The notes under the pieces were generated by a model. It searched no databases. It was not told where the DNA came from and saw only the letters and a list, made by a program, of their open reading frames with translations. A DNA stretch of 64,000 nt from Candidatus Bathyarchaeia archaeon (lineage in GTDB: Archaea; Thermoproteota; Bathyarchaeia; Bathyarchaeales; Bathycorpusculaceae). A program made the translations under genes and the position numbers. Shown piece by piece: positions 10,163-21,300 of this stretch (the stretch's first letter is position 1; each line of letters starts with the position of its first letter). The DNA lies in contig JAVYWL010000002.1 of NCBI GenBank assembly GCA_038727135.1, forward strand, positions 128,001-192,000. The letters run 5' to 3'.

Positions 10163-11349
10163 TTCTTCTAAAGGTGAACGGTATGGGCGCATATTCTGTT
10201 ACGCACTTTTCAGCAGGCCTATTCGTCCTAGTGCTAATTGTTGGATTAATGGTTGGCGGAGCAATAACCACCTATATAACAACTCCGCAAATCAAAAACT
10301 TGAAAGCAGAAATTTCAAGATTAAGGGCTCAAGTCTCCGTGCTCTGGGGCCTCAAAAACATTCCATGCCAAAACCTCACAGTCGTCCAAAACTTGACAAC
10401 ACTATCCGATATTTACGAGAAAGTGAAAGACTCCGTGGTGCTAATCCGTGTTCAAACATGGAGCGGAACGGTTCAGGGCTCAGGCTTCATCTACAACTTC
10501 ACCGACGATAACACCAGCCAAATGGTTGTAATAACAAACTATCACGTTATCCACGGCGCAATAAGCATAAGTGTCACCTTCTTTGACGGAGAAGCCTACG
10601 AAGCCAAAGTATTGGGAAAAGACCCATACGCGGACTTGGCGGTGCTCGAAGTCATAGGCGCCCCAGTAGAGAAATTTAAACCACTCATAGTTGTCAGCTC
10701 CTCAACATTAAAGGTGGGCGACCCAGTAATAGCCATAGGAAACCCCTACGGCTTAATGGGTTCAATGACAACAGGCATCGTAAGCGCCCTTAATAGAACC
10801 ATTACTGAAGAAGAGTACGCTGGAGGATTTGCAATAGCCAACATAATCCAAATAAGCGCACCCATAAACCCCGGAAACTCCGGCGGCCCATTACTAAATT
10901 ACTGCGGTAATGTTGTTGGAATAACAACAGCCATAGTTGCAGACTCCCAAGGGCTAGGCTTCGCAATCCCATCAGACACGCTTCGCAGAGAAATATACGC
11001 GCTTGTTAAGTACGGAAATTACACGTGGCACTCTTACATGGGCATTAAAGGACGGGATATGGACTACGAAACAGCAAAAAACATGACTCTCCCAGTAACT
11101 TACGGCTGGCTTATATTGGAGATTATAGAAGATGGCCCTTCAAAGAACAAACTATATCCTAACGATGTTATAGTAGCCTTAAACGGCACCCGCATAAGAA
11201 ACGGAGACGATCTAGCAAGCTACCTTGAAGCAAACACAATTCCAGGAGATTGGCTTGAAGTAACAATCTGGCGAAAGACTGGCAACTCATGGCAACAAAT
11301 GAAAGTGCACATACAATTAGGTGTGAGACCTCCACCACCAGTACAGTGA
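10159..11349 (+). CDS. Membrane-anchored HtrA/DegP serine protease with PDZ domain
   Basis: Catalytic triad TNYHV, DLAV, NPGNSGGPL; N-terminal TM helix; C-terminal PDZ. Confidence 0.92.
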   Translation: MILLKVNGMGAYSVTHFSAGLFVLVLIVGLMVGGAITTYITTPQIKNLKAEISRLRAQVSVLWGLKNIPCQNLTVVQNLTTLSDIYEKVKDSVVLIRVQTWSGTVQGSGFIYNFTDDNTSQMVVITNYHVIHGAISISVTFFDGEAYEAKVLGKDPYADLAVLEVIGAPVEKFKPLIVVSSSTLKVGDPVIAIGNPYGLMGSMTTGIVSALNRTITEEEYAGGFAIANIIQISAPINPGNSGGPLLNYCGNVVGITTAIVADSQGLGFAIPSDTLRREIYALVKYGNYTWHSYMGIKGRDMDYETAKNMTLPVTYGWLILEIIEDGPSKNKLYPNDVIVALNGTRIRNGDDLASYLEANTIPGDWLEVTIWRKTGNSWQQMKVHIQLGVRPPPPVQ

Positions 11350-11540
11350 ACGCAAGTTTCAGATAAGCGCTCCTTATCAGTTGCAACTCCGCGCATGAAA
11401 TCTCTAGCAAGCAGCAACAACTTTAAAACATCATTTTCTTTGGACGCCCAACCTTAACACGGGGCATGGCAAAACCTAAAATCATAATTTTGCGCTGCAC
11501 AATTAACACTTTCGCGCATGCCACACATTATTAAAAAGTG

Positions 11541-11618
11541 TGGTGGGGCTGCCCGGATTTGAACCGGGGTCTAGAGAGCCCAAGTCTCCAAGCCTAGACC
11601 AAGCTAGCCGACAGCCCC
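11541..11618 (-). tRNA. tRNA-Pro(TGG), CCA encoded
   Basis: Acceptor GGGGCTG/CAGCCCC-ACCA; anticodon arm GGAGA-CTTGGGC-TCTCT; T arm CCCGG-TTCAAAT-CCGGG. Confidence 0.95.
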
Positions 11619-11696
11619 ACTAACATCAATAAGGTAAAATTTTAACAGAGGATTTAAAATGTTTCTCTTTGCCAAAAATATTATTGAGGGCTGTTC

Positions 11697-12056
11697 TCAA
11701 CGTTTTCTGACGCTACACTGAAGGACCTTTGGACAAACTAGACACTCGTCTGGTATTGGCATATCCCTCGGAATAGAGTTCAAGAAACCAAAATAATGGG
11801 CACATTTCGCGGGTGAATCAAGAACTTTTGGATATTCAGCCGGCCTAACATCAACTATACGCATGTTCTCGACGACAATGTCAATCTTCGACATGCAATA
11901 GGGACAAGCATAATAAGTCTGCCTCGGCAGCGTCGAATTATCCGTCAAAACAGCAGGCTTGCCAAAGGTTTTTCCGCACCCCTTATATGGACATTTAAGT
12001 TTTTCCTCGTGGTGAGGGAAACGCATGTGATTTTCATCTCCAACAGCGAATTTCAA
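11697..12056 (-). CDS. Cys-rich multi zinc-finger hypothetical protein
   Basis: CPYKGC, CPYC, CAH and CLVC...C motifs; true start may be the internal ATG (MRFPH). Confidence 0.7.
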   Translation of the reverse strand: MKFAVGDENHMRFPHHEEKLKCPYKGCGKTFGKPAVLTDNSTLPRQTYYACPYCMSKIDIVVENMRIVDVRPAEYPKVLDSPAKCAHYFGFLNSIPRDMPIPDECLVCPKVLQCSVRKR

Positions 12057-12128
12057 GTTTATCTGTAATATTGATATTTAATAAACATTTCTGCTCACAC
12101 GTGCAACACAAATACAATTTGCATAATA

Positions 12129-12205
12129 TGGAGCCTCGGCCGGGCTTCGATCCCGGGACCTGCGGCTTACGAGGCCGCTGCTCTACCAGGCTGAGCCACC
12201 GAGGC
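12129..12205 (-). tRNA. tRNA-Thr(CGT), CCA encoded
   Basis: Acceptor GCCTCGG/CCGAGGC-TCCA; anticodon arm GCGGC-CTCGTAA-GCCGC; T loop ATCGAAG. Confidence 0.95.
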
Positions 12206-12304
12206 GTATGGGCTATGATATTTTGAGAAAAGCCCACTTTTAAGATGTTCGGAAGCATTAGAATAGGTGAATGTAAGAACTTTTAAGGTCGCATCTCACA
12301 TATT

Positions 12305-13312
12305 TTGGATGGGTCGATTTTGAGTACGCTGAGGGATATCGGTGAGAGAAAGGCCATTGCGCTTATCTTAGAGAAATTAGAGAAGATGCCGCAAATGCCC
12401 ATTCCCTTCGGCGATGATGTTTCCGCCTATCCATTGGGCAGAAAACAGCTTCTCATTTTGAAGACGGACATGCTTGTTGGAAAAACAGATGTCCCAAAGG
12501 GTATGAGTTTTTGGCAAGCAGCCCGTAAGGCAGTGGTTATGAACGTAAGCGATTTTGCCGCGAAGGGCGTTAAACCTCTTGTTATACTGGTCTCTCTTGG
12601 AATGCCAAAGGATACGAAGAAAAAAGAGGTTGAAGAAATCGCAGAGGGCTTAAACGCAGGAGCCCGCGAATATGGAGCCTTCATCATTGGCGGGGATACC
12701 AACGAAGCTTCAGACATCATCATAAGCCTTTCAGTCTTCGGTCTAGCAAGAAAAGACCATGTGATGCTCCGTAACGGTGCTAAACCAGAGGATATAGTAG
12801 CTGTCACTGGCCTCTTTGGGAAAGCATCAGCTGGGTTAAAAATTCTTCTCGAAAAATTTGAGGCGCCAAGGGACATTCGCAATTTTCTTTTAGAAGCTGT
12901 TTACATGCCTAAAGCCCGTTTAAAGGAGGGTTTAGCCTTAAGCGCCACGAGGGCGGTCACATCCTCTATTGACTCGAGTGATGGGTTGGCTTGGAGTCTC
13001 TATGAGCTTTCGAAAGCTAGTGGCGTAGGCTTTGTTATAGAGGATGTCCCAGTGGCCCACGAAGCCGTTAAATTTGCTGAATTGAACAGTTTGGACCCGT
13101 TGGATTTAGCCCTTTACGGAGGCGAAGAGTACGAGCTTGTTTTAACAATAAAGCCTAACCTCTGGGATAAGGCGGAAGAAGCTGTTAAAAGTGTTGGCGG
13201 AAACCTCATCAAAATAGGGAGGGCAACCGCTGAAAAAAAGATAGTTCTTGAGGTTGAGGGTGAAAGGCGGGTTATTGAGCCTAGGGGTTGGGAGCATTTC
13301 AGAAAACACTAA
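12305..13312 (+). CDS. thiL: Thiamine-monophosphate kinase
   Basis: GDD, NVSDFAAKG, GGDT, DSSDGL and GGEEYEL motifs. Confidence 0.93.
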   Translation: MDGSILSTLRDIGERKAIALILEKLEKMPQMPIPFGDDVSAYPLGRKQLLILKTDMLVGKTDVPKGMSFWQAARKAVVMNVSDFAAKGVKPLVILVSLGMPKDTKKKEVEEIAEGLNAGAREYGAFIIGGDTNEASDIIISLSVFGLARKDHVMLRNGAKPEDIVAVTGLFGKASAGLKILLEKFEAPRDIRNFLLEAVYMPKARLKEGLALSATRAVTSSIDSSDGLAWSLYELSKASGVGFVIEDVPVAHEAVKFAELNSLDPLDLALYGGEEYELVLTIKPNLWDKAEEAVKSVGGNLIKIGRATAEKKIVLEVEGERRVIEPRGWEHFRKH

Positions 13313-14366
13313 GATAAAGACTTTTTCTGCTTATCCAACCGTTAAAGAGGCAATCTTCTATGAAAAGCTAGGCGATAACAAGGTTAGGTGCAACCTCTGC
13401 GAGAGGAGATGCGAAATTGCAGAAGGCAATGTTGGATTCTGCAGAACAAGGAGGAATTTTGGCGGCAAACTATATACGCTTATTTATGGCGACATAAGTG
13501 CCGTTGAGAGCCGCCCAATAGAGATAAAGCCCTTCTTCCACTATTGGCCCGGTTCAACAGCCCTAACCTTTTCCACGTGGTCGTGCAACTTTGACTGCGT
13601 CTGGTGCCAAAACTATCACCTGTCAAAGGCTGCCCCAAATCCGGCTAAGGCAGTCTACTACTCTCCAGAAAAAATTGTTGAATTGGCCCTTGCCTATGGA
13701 GATGCTGGCTTATGTGCAAGTTTCCAAGAACCCACACTTTTGACTGAATGGGCTATTCAAGCCTTCAGCCTTGGCAAAAGCAAGGGAGTACAATATTGCT
13801 GTTACGTTTCGAATGGCTACATGACCTTTGAGGCCCTAAAAGCCCTTCGCGATGCTGGCATGGATGGGCTTAAGATAGACATTAAGGGCGACAATGAAAC
13901 CTACATAAGATATTGTGGCGGTGCTGACGTGGAGAAGGTTTGGAGGAACGCTGCAGAAGCAAAACGTTTGGATTTGCATGTTGAGATTGTGAATCTTGTT
14001 GTTAGCGGTGTCAACGACGGCGAAAACACTTTGCGTTGGATTATTGAAAATCATTTAAAACACGTGGGACCAGAAACACCGCTGCATTTTACAAGGTATT
14101 TCCCAGCCTACAAGTTTCACAATCCGCCCACAAGGGTTGAGACTTTGGAGAAGGCTTACGAGATGGCTAGAAAGGCTGGAGTCCTATACCCATACATTGG
14201 GAACATTACGGGGCACAGGTATGAAAACACTTACTGCCCAAACTGTGGAGAGACACTTATCAAGCGATATGGATATTATGTTTTAAAATATGCTATTACT
14301 AAGAATAAAAAGTGCCCAACGTGTGGAACCAGAATTCCCATAACTGGATATTATCTTGAAAGATGA
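13248..14366 (+). CDS. AmmeMemoRadiSam-type radical SAM enzyme (start uncertain)
   Basis: CNLCERRC, IEIKPFFHY, CNFDCVWC, PLHFTRYFP and TYCPNC motifs. Confidence 0.88.
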   Translation: MRLRVKGGLLSLGVGSISENTKIKTFSAYPTVKEAIFYEKLGDNKVRCNLCERRCEIAEGNVGFCRTRRNFGGKLYTLIYGDISAVESRPIEIKPFFHYWPGSTALTFSTWSCNFDCVWCQNYHLSKAAPNPAKAVYYSPEKIVELALAYGDAGLCASFQEPTLLTEWAIQAFSLGKSKGVQYCCYVSNGYMTFEALKALRDAGMDGLKIDIKGDNETYIRYCGGADVEKVWRNAAEAKRLDLHVEIVNLVVSGVNDGENTLRWIIENHLKHVGPETPLHFTRYFPAYKFHNPPTRVETLEKAYEMARKAGVLYPYIGNITGHRYENTYCPNCGETLIKRYGYYVLKYAITKNKKCPTCGTRIPITGYYLER

Positions 14367-14375
14367 CATGTTAGA

Positions 14376-15629
14376 CTAGGATTTTCTACCTTTGAGGGTT
14401 TCCCTCAGCCCAAAATATGTTGCAGCCCCGATGAATCTTCCCACGGCTGAGACTATATAAACTATCTGCAAGCCTAAAACTAAACCATATACGCTAACTG
14501 TTAGGTCGGATAAGTAGCCACCTATAAGAGAGCCGAAAAAAGTTACGGTTCCTATCAGTAGATTGTAGAAGGCTGTGAAGCTTCCCCTGTGCATTTCTGG
14601 AGAAACATCAAGTAAATAGGTTGTGACGCTTGCTTGCTCAAAAGCTGCAACAGCACCCCAGAAGGCACCTATAGCAGTTAGAACGTAAATGTTTGGGGAA
14701 AAAGCATAAGCTAATGGAACTGAAACGTAGCTGAATCTGACGAAGATGAGCAGCGGTTTTCTGCCTGCGGTGTCGGCGAGCCTCCCAGCCCACCTAATAA
14801 AAATTATCGTGAAAATTCCTTGGACCACGCTGAGCAACGCTATTTCCAACATTGAAGCCTTCAAGACTTTGACTTGAGTTATTGCGAACAACGGCCAAGC
14901 AATCGACATGAAGAAGGTGAAAATTGCGCTGCAAGTGCAATATTTAATAAAATCTGGAGACTCCTTCGCAACCCTTACAACATCAAACAAATCCTTCACA
15001 AAACTTTTCCTCGCCTTTTTATCACAATTCGTGTTGGCTTTCTCCTTAACATAAAACATAACAACTGATGATAATAATCCGCATGTTGTCGCAACAATTA
15101 TTGGAATTATAATTTGCTCTCTAACGGAACCCCCAATGGCCGTCATGATGGCCCCGGAAGCCATTGTGGCAAGAATGCTTCCAACAGAAGCCCACAGATT
15201 AACGGTGGCGTTTATCCTTCCCAAACGTGAAGATGGAACCAGGTCGCCTATGAGGGCGGTCCACGCTGGAACAGCCATTGAGCCGAGAAGTGCTTGCAAA
15301 CTTATTAAAATTATTAGTTGGCTTGCAGTCTTAATAAACAACATTGGAAGCCAAAGCAAGGCAACAATCAACCCGCCAAAAACAATGAAAGGCGTTCTCT
15401 GTCCAAGCCTGTCGCTTAGTCTCCCCCAGAAAACCTGCATAACATTATTTGATATGTTACTCATTGACTGGAACCAGCCCATATCAGAGGAGGAGGCGCC
15501 TAACTCCTTAACCGCGTAGGGACCGACAAACGGGTTTATCATACCAGTTCCGAGGGCGTTCGCTACTGAACGAACATAGACGATTTTCAGTTCCCTCTTA
15601 TTCTTGGATAGTTCATCACTTTCTGACAT
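14376..15629 (-). CDS. MFS transporter
   Basis: GRLSDRLG and GRLADTAGRK motifs; about 12 TM helices. Confidence 0.9.
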   Translation of the reverse strand: MSESDELSKNKRELKIVYVRSVANALGTGMINPFVGPYAVKELGASSSDMGWFQSMSNISNNVMQVFWGRLSDRLGQRTPFIVFGGLIVALLWLPMLFIKTASQLIILISLQALLGSMAVPAWTALIGDLVPSSRLGRINATVNLWASVGSILATMASGAIMTAIGGSVREQIIIPIIVATTCGLLSSVVMFYVKEKANTNCDKKARKSFVKDLFDVVRVAKESPDFIKYCTCSAIFTFFMSIAWPLFAITQVKVLKASMLEIALLSVVQGIFTIIFIRWAGRLADTAGRKPLLIFVRFSYVSVPLAYAFSPNIYVLTAIGAFWGAVAAFEQASVTTYLLDVSPEMHRGSFTAFYNLLIGTVTFFGSLIGGYLSDLTVSVYGLVLGLQIVYIVSAVGRFIGAATYFGLRETLKGRKS

Positions 15630-15851
15630 GGTGGTCTGCTTTCTATTGAAGTCACATCATTTTTAAGGAGAAGCTTAAAAGCTAAACGGTTCAGTCTAAC
15701 TCTTTTTAGACTTTTCTCCTTATCACATGAGCCGTTTCTGAAAAATTGGGGAACAATGTTGAAATTTCCATTTCTCGAGGGAAAATTTATATGAGGGTAA
15801 ATTTGGTTTTATTTCAATCTCATTTCTAGAGTCAGATTTTTGGGCGAGAAA

Positions 15852-16157
15852 TTACTTCCTTCTAGTCTTCCGCTTATCTTTCCGTTTTCTGACGACTGTC
15901 ACTGTTGGCTCTTGGTTTAGCTGCCTAATTTGGGCGTTAGGGTATAGCCGTTCAATATCCCTTCTAATTTTTGATAGGTCTACATCCCCATAAGTTTTAA
16001 CGTCAACGACAGGATTTCCCTCTTCATCATAGCTTAAAGACACAGCATACCCAGAGCCTATCTCAATTTTTGCCGGTTCTAAAATGAAGCCCAAATCTTC
16101 AGCCAAATCTAATTTGACAGAGCTTGCAGGTTCGCGTTTATGCCTCCTTTCAGCCAT
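15852..16157 (-). CDS. Hypothetical protein with a basic C-terminus
   Basis: Clean ORF with an upstream GGTGG Shine-Dalgarno-like motif; no family recognised. Confidence 0.6.
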   Translation of the reverse strand: MAERRHKREPASSVKLDLAEDLGFILEPAKIEIGSGYAVSLSYDEEGNPVVDVKTYGDVDLSKIRRDIERLYPNAQIRQLNQEPTVTVVRKRKDKRKTRRK

Positions 16158-16244
16158 TAAACCACCGCTTAAAGGAAAGCATAAGGGAATTTAAAGGATT
16201 GCTATTCCAGAATAAGGATTATTTTTACAGTGTAGTAAAATGGT

Positions 16245-17630
16245 TTAGTGCACCAGCAGCTTCTCCTCATACTTTCTCAAGTACTCGGCAGCCTCGCCCA
16301 CATCCATGAATAAGTCGTCAACCCGCTGCACGTCTTCAACGGTTACCTTATCCCTATTGGCTGATTTAGCGTTTTGCGCTGCCAGGCTTAACAGTTGGAC
16401 AGCATACCTCATGGAGCTTTTCGCCCCAACCTCGGCGAGCTTTTCAAGCGCATCCTTATCCAACTTAATCTTCTCCTCAGAAGCGCGAATCCTTAGGATC
16501 TCCTTAATGCTTTCTAGGTCGTAGGGTTGTGTCGCAATTATGACTGAACGGTCTATGAGGTCAACTGGGAAGCCCAGCGGACTCCTTATGTCTGTTCCAC
16601 GGATTCTTGCCACTCCGCGGTTTGTGGCTAGAATTATTATTGGAACAAGCTCACTTTCCATGGCTCTTCCGAGGAAGCTGAAAGCTTCTAAGTCCAGTAG
16701 GTGGGCGTCGTCTATGAAGAGCACGCCTGGATGGATGAAAGCTTTGCCGCTGTCCACCCACTCTTTCACTTGTTGATCAACAGCCATCCGCACTTCGGTG
16801 TCTATCTCCTTCGATTCGGAACCGCCGAAAAACAGTGAGAACAATCCGCCTGAACGTTGCCTGGCATTTAATTCGTCCAAATCCGCCAAGGTAAGCATGT
16901 AAACAAACTCTTTCTCCTTCAAAACCTTGCCATTGGGGCGGGGAATCTTCCTCCGCGTGTCAACATCGTAAGTTTTACCCTTCTGGCTTTCAAGGCAGAG
17001 CCCGAGATTAACAACCCTTCCAGTTTCAGCGTCTATTTGGATAACGTGCCCCTCTGATATCCCTTCGGCAATTATTTGTTGGGCTATGGAAGCTCCAGCC
17101 TCGATGGTCTTCTCCTCTTCCTTTGTTTTCAGTGTTAGCCTAACGCTTTCAGGAATCTTCTGGTAGGGATTGTAGGGGTGTGGCGCCGTTCTGATGTCAA
17201 CCATTGTGACTTCGCCTTCATAGACCTTCCGCATTTCATGGATTTCAACGCCGATGCATTTTCTTATAGCTTCGATAAGAACCTCTGTTTTCTTTCGCTC
17301 AGTGCTGTAGATTTCGCTTCCACTCATTTGTATAAAGGGGACGTTTTCGCCAAGCTCCTTTGAAATAGCCACGGCTATGGCGGTTTTTCCAGTTCCGGGT
17401 GGACCAGCCAAGATAATGCATTTTCCGCTAAGCTTTCCTTCCTTAATCATCTTCACAACTAAGCCTGCAGCTTCTCTAGCCTTTTCCTGCCCAACCATTC
17501 CATCCTTTATTTTTACAGCTTTCAGATTTTCATCTAAGCCTAAACCTTTTATGTGCGTGTGAGCGCCTATTCTCTCGAATTTTGAAACTGGTGTTGTTGG
17601 CAGTTCCCTGATGGCCGCCATAAAGGTCAC
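16245..17630 (-). CDS. RuvB-like/TIP49 AAA+ ATPase
   Basis: HTHIKGLGL, GPPGTGKT, GVLFIDDAH and ATNRG motifs. Confidence 0.95.
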   Translation of the reverse strand: MTFMAAIRELPTTPVSKFERIGAHTHIKGLGLDENLKAVKIKDGMVGQEKAREAAGLVVKMIKEGKLSGKCIILAGPPGTGKTAIAVAISKELGENVPFIQMSGSEIYSTERKKTEVLIEAIRKCIGVEIHEMRKVYEGEVTMVDIRTAPHPYNPYQKIPESVRLTLKTKEEEKTIEAGASIAQQIIAEGISEGHVIQIDAETGRVVNLGLCLESQKGKTYDVDTRRKIPRPNGKVLKEKEFVYMLTLADLDELNARQRSGGLFSLFFGGSESKEIDTEVRMAVDQQVKEWVDSGKAFIHPGVLFIDDAHLLDLEAFSFLGRAMESELVPIIILATNRGVARIRGTDIRSPLGFPVDLIDRSVIIATQPYDLESIKEILRIRASEEKIKLDKDALEKLAEVGAKSSMRYAVQLLSLAAQNAKSANRDKVTVEDVQRVDDLFMDVGEAAEYLRKYEEKLLVH

Positions 17631-17708
17631 CCCACATTAAAGGGTTTAAAACACCTTTAATAGTAACAAGATTTTAAACCAGAAATCACAAGGATAAAAA
17701 TTTAGCGC

Positions 17709-18287
17709 TTATTTTCCGCCCATTTCCCTTCTATCCATCAAGTAATTTAGAACTGTTATGCATGTGGCAGCTAAGTAAGGCTTTTTTCCAAGGGATATTT
17801 TTTCTCCATAGCGCAAGGCGAAAGCTTCAACCTTCTTGGGTAAGCCCACATGGTCCCCTAAAACAAAAACCGGATTTTCTCCAATATCAACTTCAAAAAT
17901 GTCTTTTCCACCTTCCTCAAGAACATATATTTTGGCTTTTTCCGCCTTCTCCCTTATCAAACCCTCAAAGCTCGCCTTGGAAAGGCTTATGCCTGGATGC
18001 GGTTTTCCAGACAAAACTTTTTTCATTATTTGAGTCCATGTGCCCACGTCGGTTCTTACATCATAAAGTGTTAAGCCCTCAACCTTCAAATGTAGTGGTG
18101 GTTGTGGTGGACCATTTAGTATGGCATGGAAAATTGTATCCCTTCGTATAGCATGGGAGAGGAAAAGGCTTGCCACAGCGCATTCGTAAACTATGTCTAG
18201 GCGCCCAGCATCATGCAAGTTTTCCCATCTTGCATCTGTCCGACCCATCCGCGAATACAGAATGAACTCGCGCATATTTTCCACCAT
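17709..18287 (-). CDS. trmY: tRNA (pseudouridine54-N1)-methyltransferase
   Basis: GRLD, FLSHAIRRD, FVLGDHVG and ISLG SPOUT motifs. Confidence 0.88.
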   Translation of the reverse strand: MVENMREFILYSRMGRTDARWENLHDAGRLDIVYECAVASLFLSHAIRRDTIFHAILNGPPQPPLHLKVEGLTLYDVRTDVGTWTQIMKKVLSGKPHPGISLSKASFEGLIREKAEKAKIYVLEEGGKDIFEVDIGENPVFVLGDHVGLPKKVEAFALRYGEKISLGKKPYLAATCITVLNYLMDRREMGGK

Positions 18288-18314
18288 ACTAAGCGCTTAG
18301 TGATTTTCCAAGGG

Positions 18315-21300
18315 CTAAACCTTCCTAATTTCCAAGATTTCCTCATACAGCTCTTTGAGGATTTCCTTGTAGTCTGCCTTCCCTTGCTCTATCATATCCA
18401 TTATCGACTCGAGTTTTCGCGTCGCCTCCTCAGAAGTGTATTCTCCAAACGTTGAATTTAGGTATTTGTAGACCTTGAAGCCTAATGTTGTGCTTATGAG
18501 CCTATTCCCTCTTTCAATGGCATAGCGCCTTTCCAAAATTGTTGCAACCGTCTTGGCATAGGTGCTTGGTCTTCCAACACCCCTCTCTTTCATTAATGCG
18601 ATTATTTCGCCTTGGGTGAATGGTCTCGCCGCTGGCAAGTATAGCAGCTTCGCAAGCGTTAACGTGTACTCGCCTTCTTGAACAGCGTTCACAGTTTTTA
18701 TGGGCAATATTGCGTTGAAGCCGTCGCTTAGAATGCTGACGGGGTTCTCGACAAACGTTTGGTTTCCATCTATAAGAACTTTGAATTGTTGGTAAAGGAG
18801 TTTAGCCTCCCTCATTTGGCTTGCAATAAAACGCTTAAATATCAAGTCGTAAAGCTGGAAATGGTCGCTTGTAAGCCTTTTCGGAAACCTCAGTATTCCC
18901 ATAGAGATTAGGTTTTTCAGCTGTTCCACATCTAAAGGCCTTGTGGGTCTAATGCACTCATGTGCGCCTTCCATAAAATACCTTCGCGGAACAAAAAGCG
19001 ACGGATACTTTTCTTGAATATAGTCTTTCGCTATGCCAATTCCCGTGGCGGAAACCGTTGTTGAGTCTGTTCTGTGGTATGTGCACAAGCCCATTTCAAA
19101 CAAGTCTTGGGCAATCATCATAGTTTTTGTAGCTGAAAAGCCAAGCTTTACTGAAGCGTCGCGGAGCAAAGCATCAGTGGTGTATGGCGGAGGCGGGCTT
19201 ATACTCCTCTCTTCAGTTTTTAAGTCAATTATTCTCGCTTTAAGTTCACTGATACGTTTTTCAAGCTGTTCCGCTGGAAATTTGAGGATCGGATTTTCAA
19301 TAGAAACCTTTAAGCCATTTGAAAGCACCACCGACAAAATTTTCTTCTTTTTTCTCGATTCGCTAACTCTTTCTATTATCCATCCTAGCACCGGAGTTTG
19401 AACTCTCCCAGCGGAGAGTCTATAATTCTGGAATCTTCGCCAAAGCTTCTGGCTTAGCTCAAAGCCTATCCAGCGGTCTTCTATCCGTCTAACCAGTTGG
19501 GCTTCAACCATTCTCAAATTGATTTCTCGCCTATTCTTTACTGCTTGGAGAAATGCTTTCTTGGTAATTTCGTGAAACTCCAGCCGCTCAACTTTGTTGT
19601 TCATGGGATAAAGCGAACAGTAAACGTCGTAGGCTATCTTCTCCCCCTCAATATCCGGGTCTGTAGCTATGAGAACACTGTTTACTTCCAAGGCGATACT
19701 CCGCATAGCATCTATTAGCTCGCTTTTTGAGTAAAATTCTTGGCTCTTACACTTTGGACAAAACTCAAAGCCGGTGAACTGCTCTCCGCATTTCTTACAC
19801 ATTTTTATAAAGTCATAGATGGGTATAAAATTTCCATTTTGAATCTTCACGCCATGGAAACCCTCATTAATCACTAGGTCGTAGATGTGCCCCATACTTG
19901 CCACAATGTTAAGCACGAATTCTCCCGTGCTAACCTCAAAAACTGTGATGTTTCCAATTTTCCTCTTGTAGGGCTTTCCAAAGAACCTCGATATAGTTCT
20001 GGCTTTTGTCGGCGACTCAACAATCAAAAGAGCTGCCTTAATAAAGTCCTTAATTCTCTTGACTATTCTGCCCTCTTGAATCTCTCGTAGAATCGTTCTA
20101 TCCTCATCCACCTTTTTGAACCATTTCTCGGCTGTTTTTGCGTTGAATCGTGTCCATGTGGCTTCCCCAAGCATGAACTCGAGTTTACGCCTGAGCGAAT
20201 AGAACGCCTTCTCATCGTCCACAAGCAAGAGGCTCGCACCGCGCGTTATGCCTCCAGCAAACATTCTCGAGGCTCTTCCAGAAGCTTGAACATAAGCTAC
20301 TGGATCTGCAACGATAAGGTAAAATTCTCCATCCCTCTTTTTTAGAGAAACTTCCTTGCTTTGCATGATCCTCTCTATAACCTCAGGCGTGATGGCACTC
20401 TTTAGAAAGCCCCTTGCATCTAAAACAAGCCTTTTAACGTAGTCTTCATAACCGCTAAGCGGTACACTAGCTTCTATAGATGCTTTTATTTTTTCCAGCG
20501 TCTGCTTGTCTGTAGGGGTTATTCTGCGAAGGTTATTGATTATTTGGCTCGCCTTGTCCTGCTGGTTTTTCCCTAGAAACTCCCTAATGTTTTTAAGAAG
20601 TGTAAGAATTTTTGTCGGGTTGCATTCTTCCCAGCTTAGCTTAATCTCCATTCTCGGCACGCCAGCGAATATTACATAGCGGACCCTCTCCGGAAGGTCT
20701 ATACCCCGCGCTAGGGGGCTTCTGAAGCTTGCAACCCCTATTAAGGCGTCATACTCACCCTTCTCGAACTTCTCCAAAATCTCCTCATCCATCTTCACAT
20801 AGGCATGTGTCTTCACACCATTTGCGTTTAAAAAATCGCTAAGCTTAAGCGCACGGCTTCTGCCAAAAACTGATGGAACAAAAATCAAGCATCCGGAACC
20901 AAAACTCTTAATTAAGGATAACACTTGACTTTCAACATCACCGCTTGCCTCAAGATAAAAATCTTTTATATTCCTCAAAAACTCAGGTTTAAAGCCTATC
21001 TGAAACTTTAGAAGTTCCTCGAAGAGTTTTATTCTCCTTGTCCTTTTCGCCTTTACGGTTGCTCCAGAAACAACCAGCAAACCGATATTGTTTCGACTCT
21101 TATAATCCTCAATCTTATTCCTCATAGACTCAATTTGCTGCAGAACCTCCGAATGGCTTTTACCCATCCTTCTTAGCCTGCTTGCCTCCCTTCGAAGGTT
21201 TATGAGCTGAAAGGCTAATTCTATTATGGCATCGTCAAAGCCTAAAATCGCCAAAACCCTATCTATATTTCTCGGAGATTTCAAGAAAGAGTCCACATCA

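Noticed and set aside
12034-12258. ORF-track calls overlapping tRNAs (also 22238-22513 and 33395-33643) and the many antisense ORFs inside genes
   Set aside because: Shadow ORFs of tRNAs or of well-supported genes
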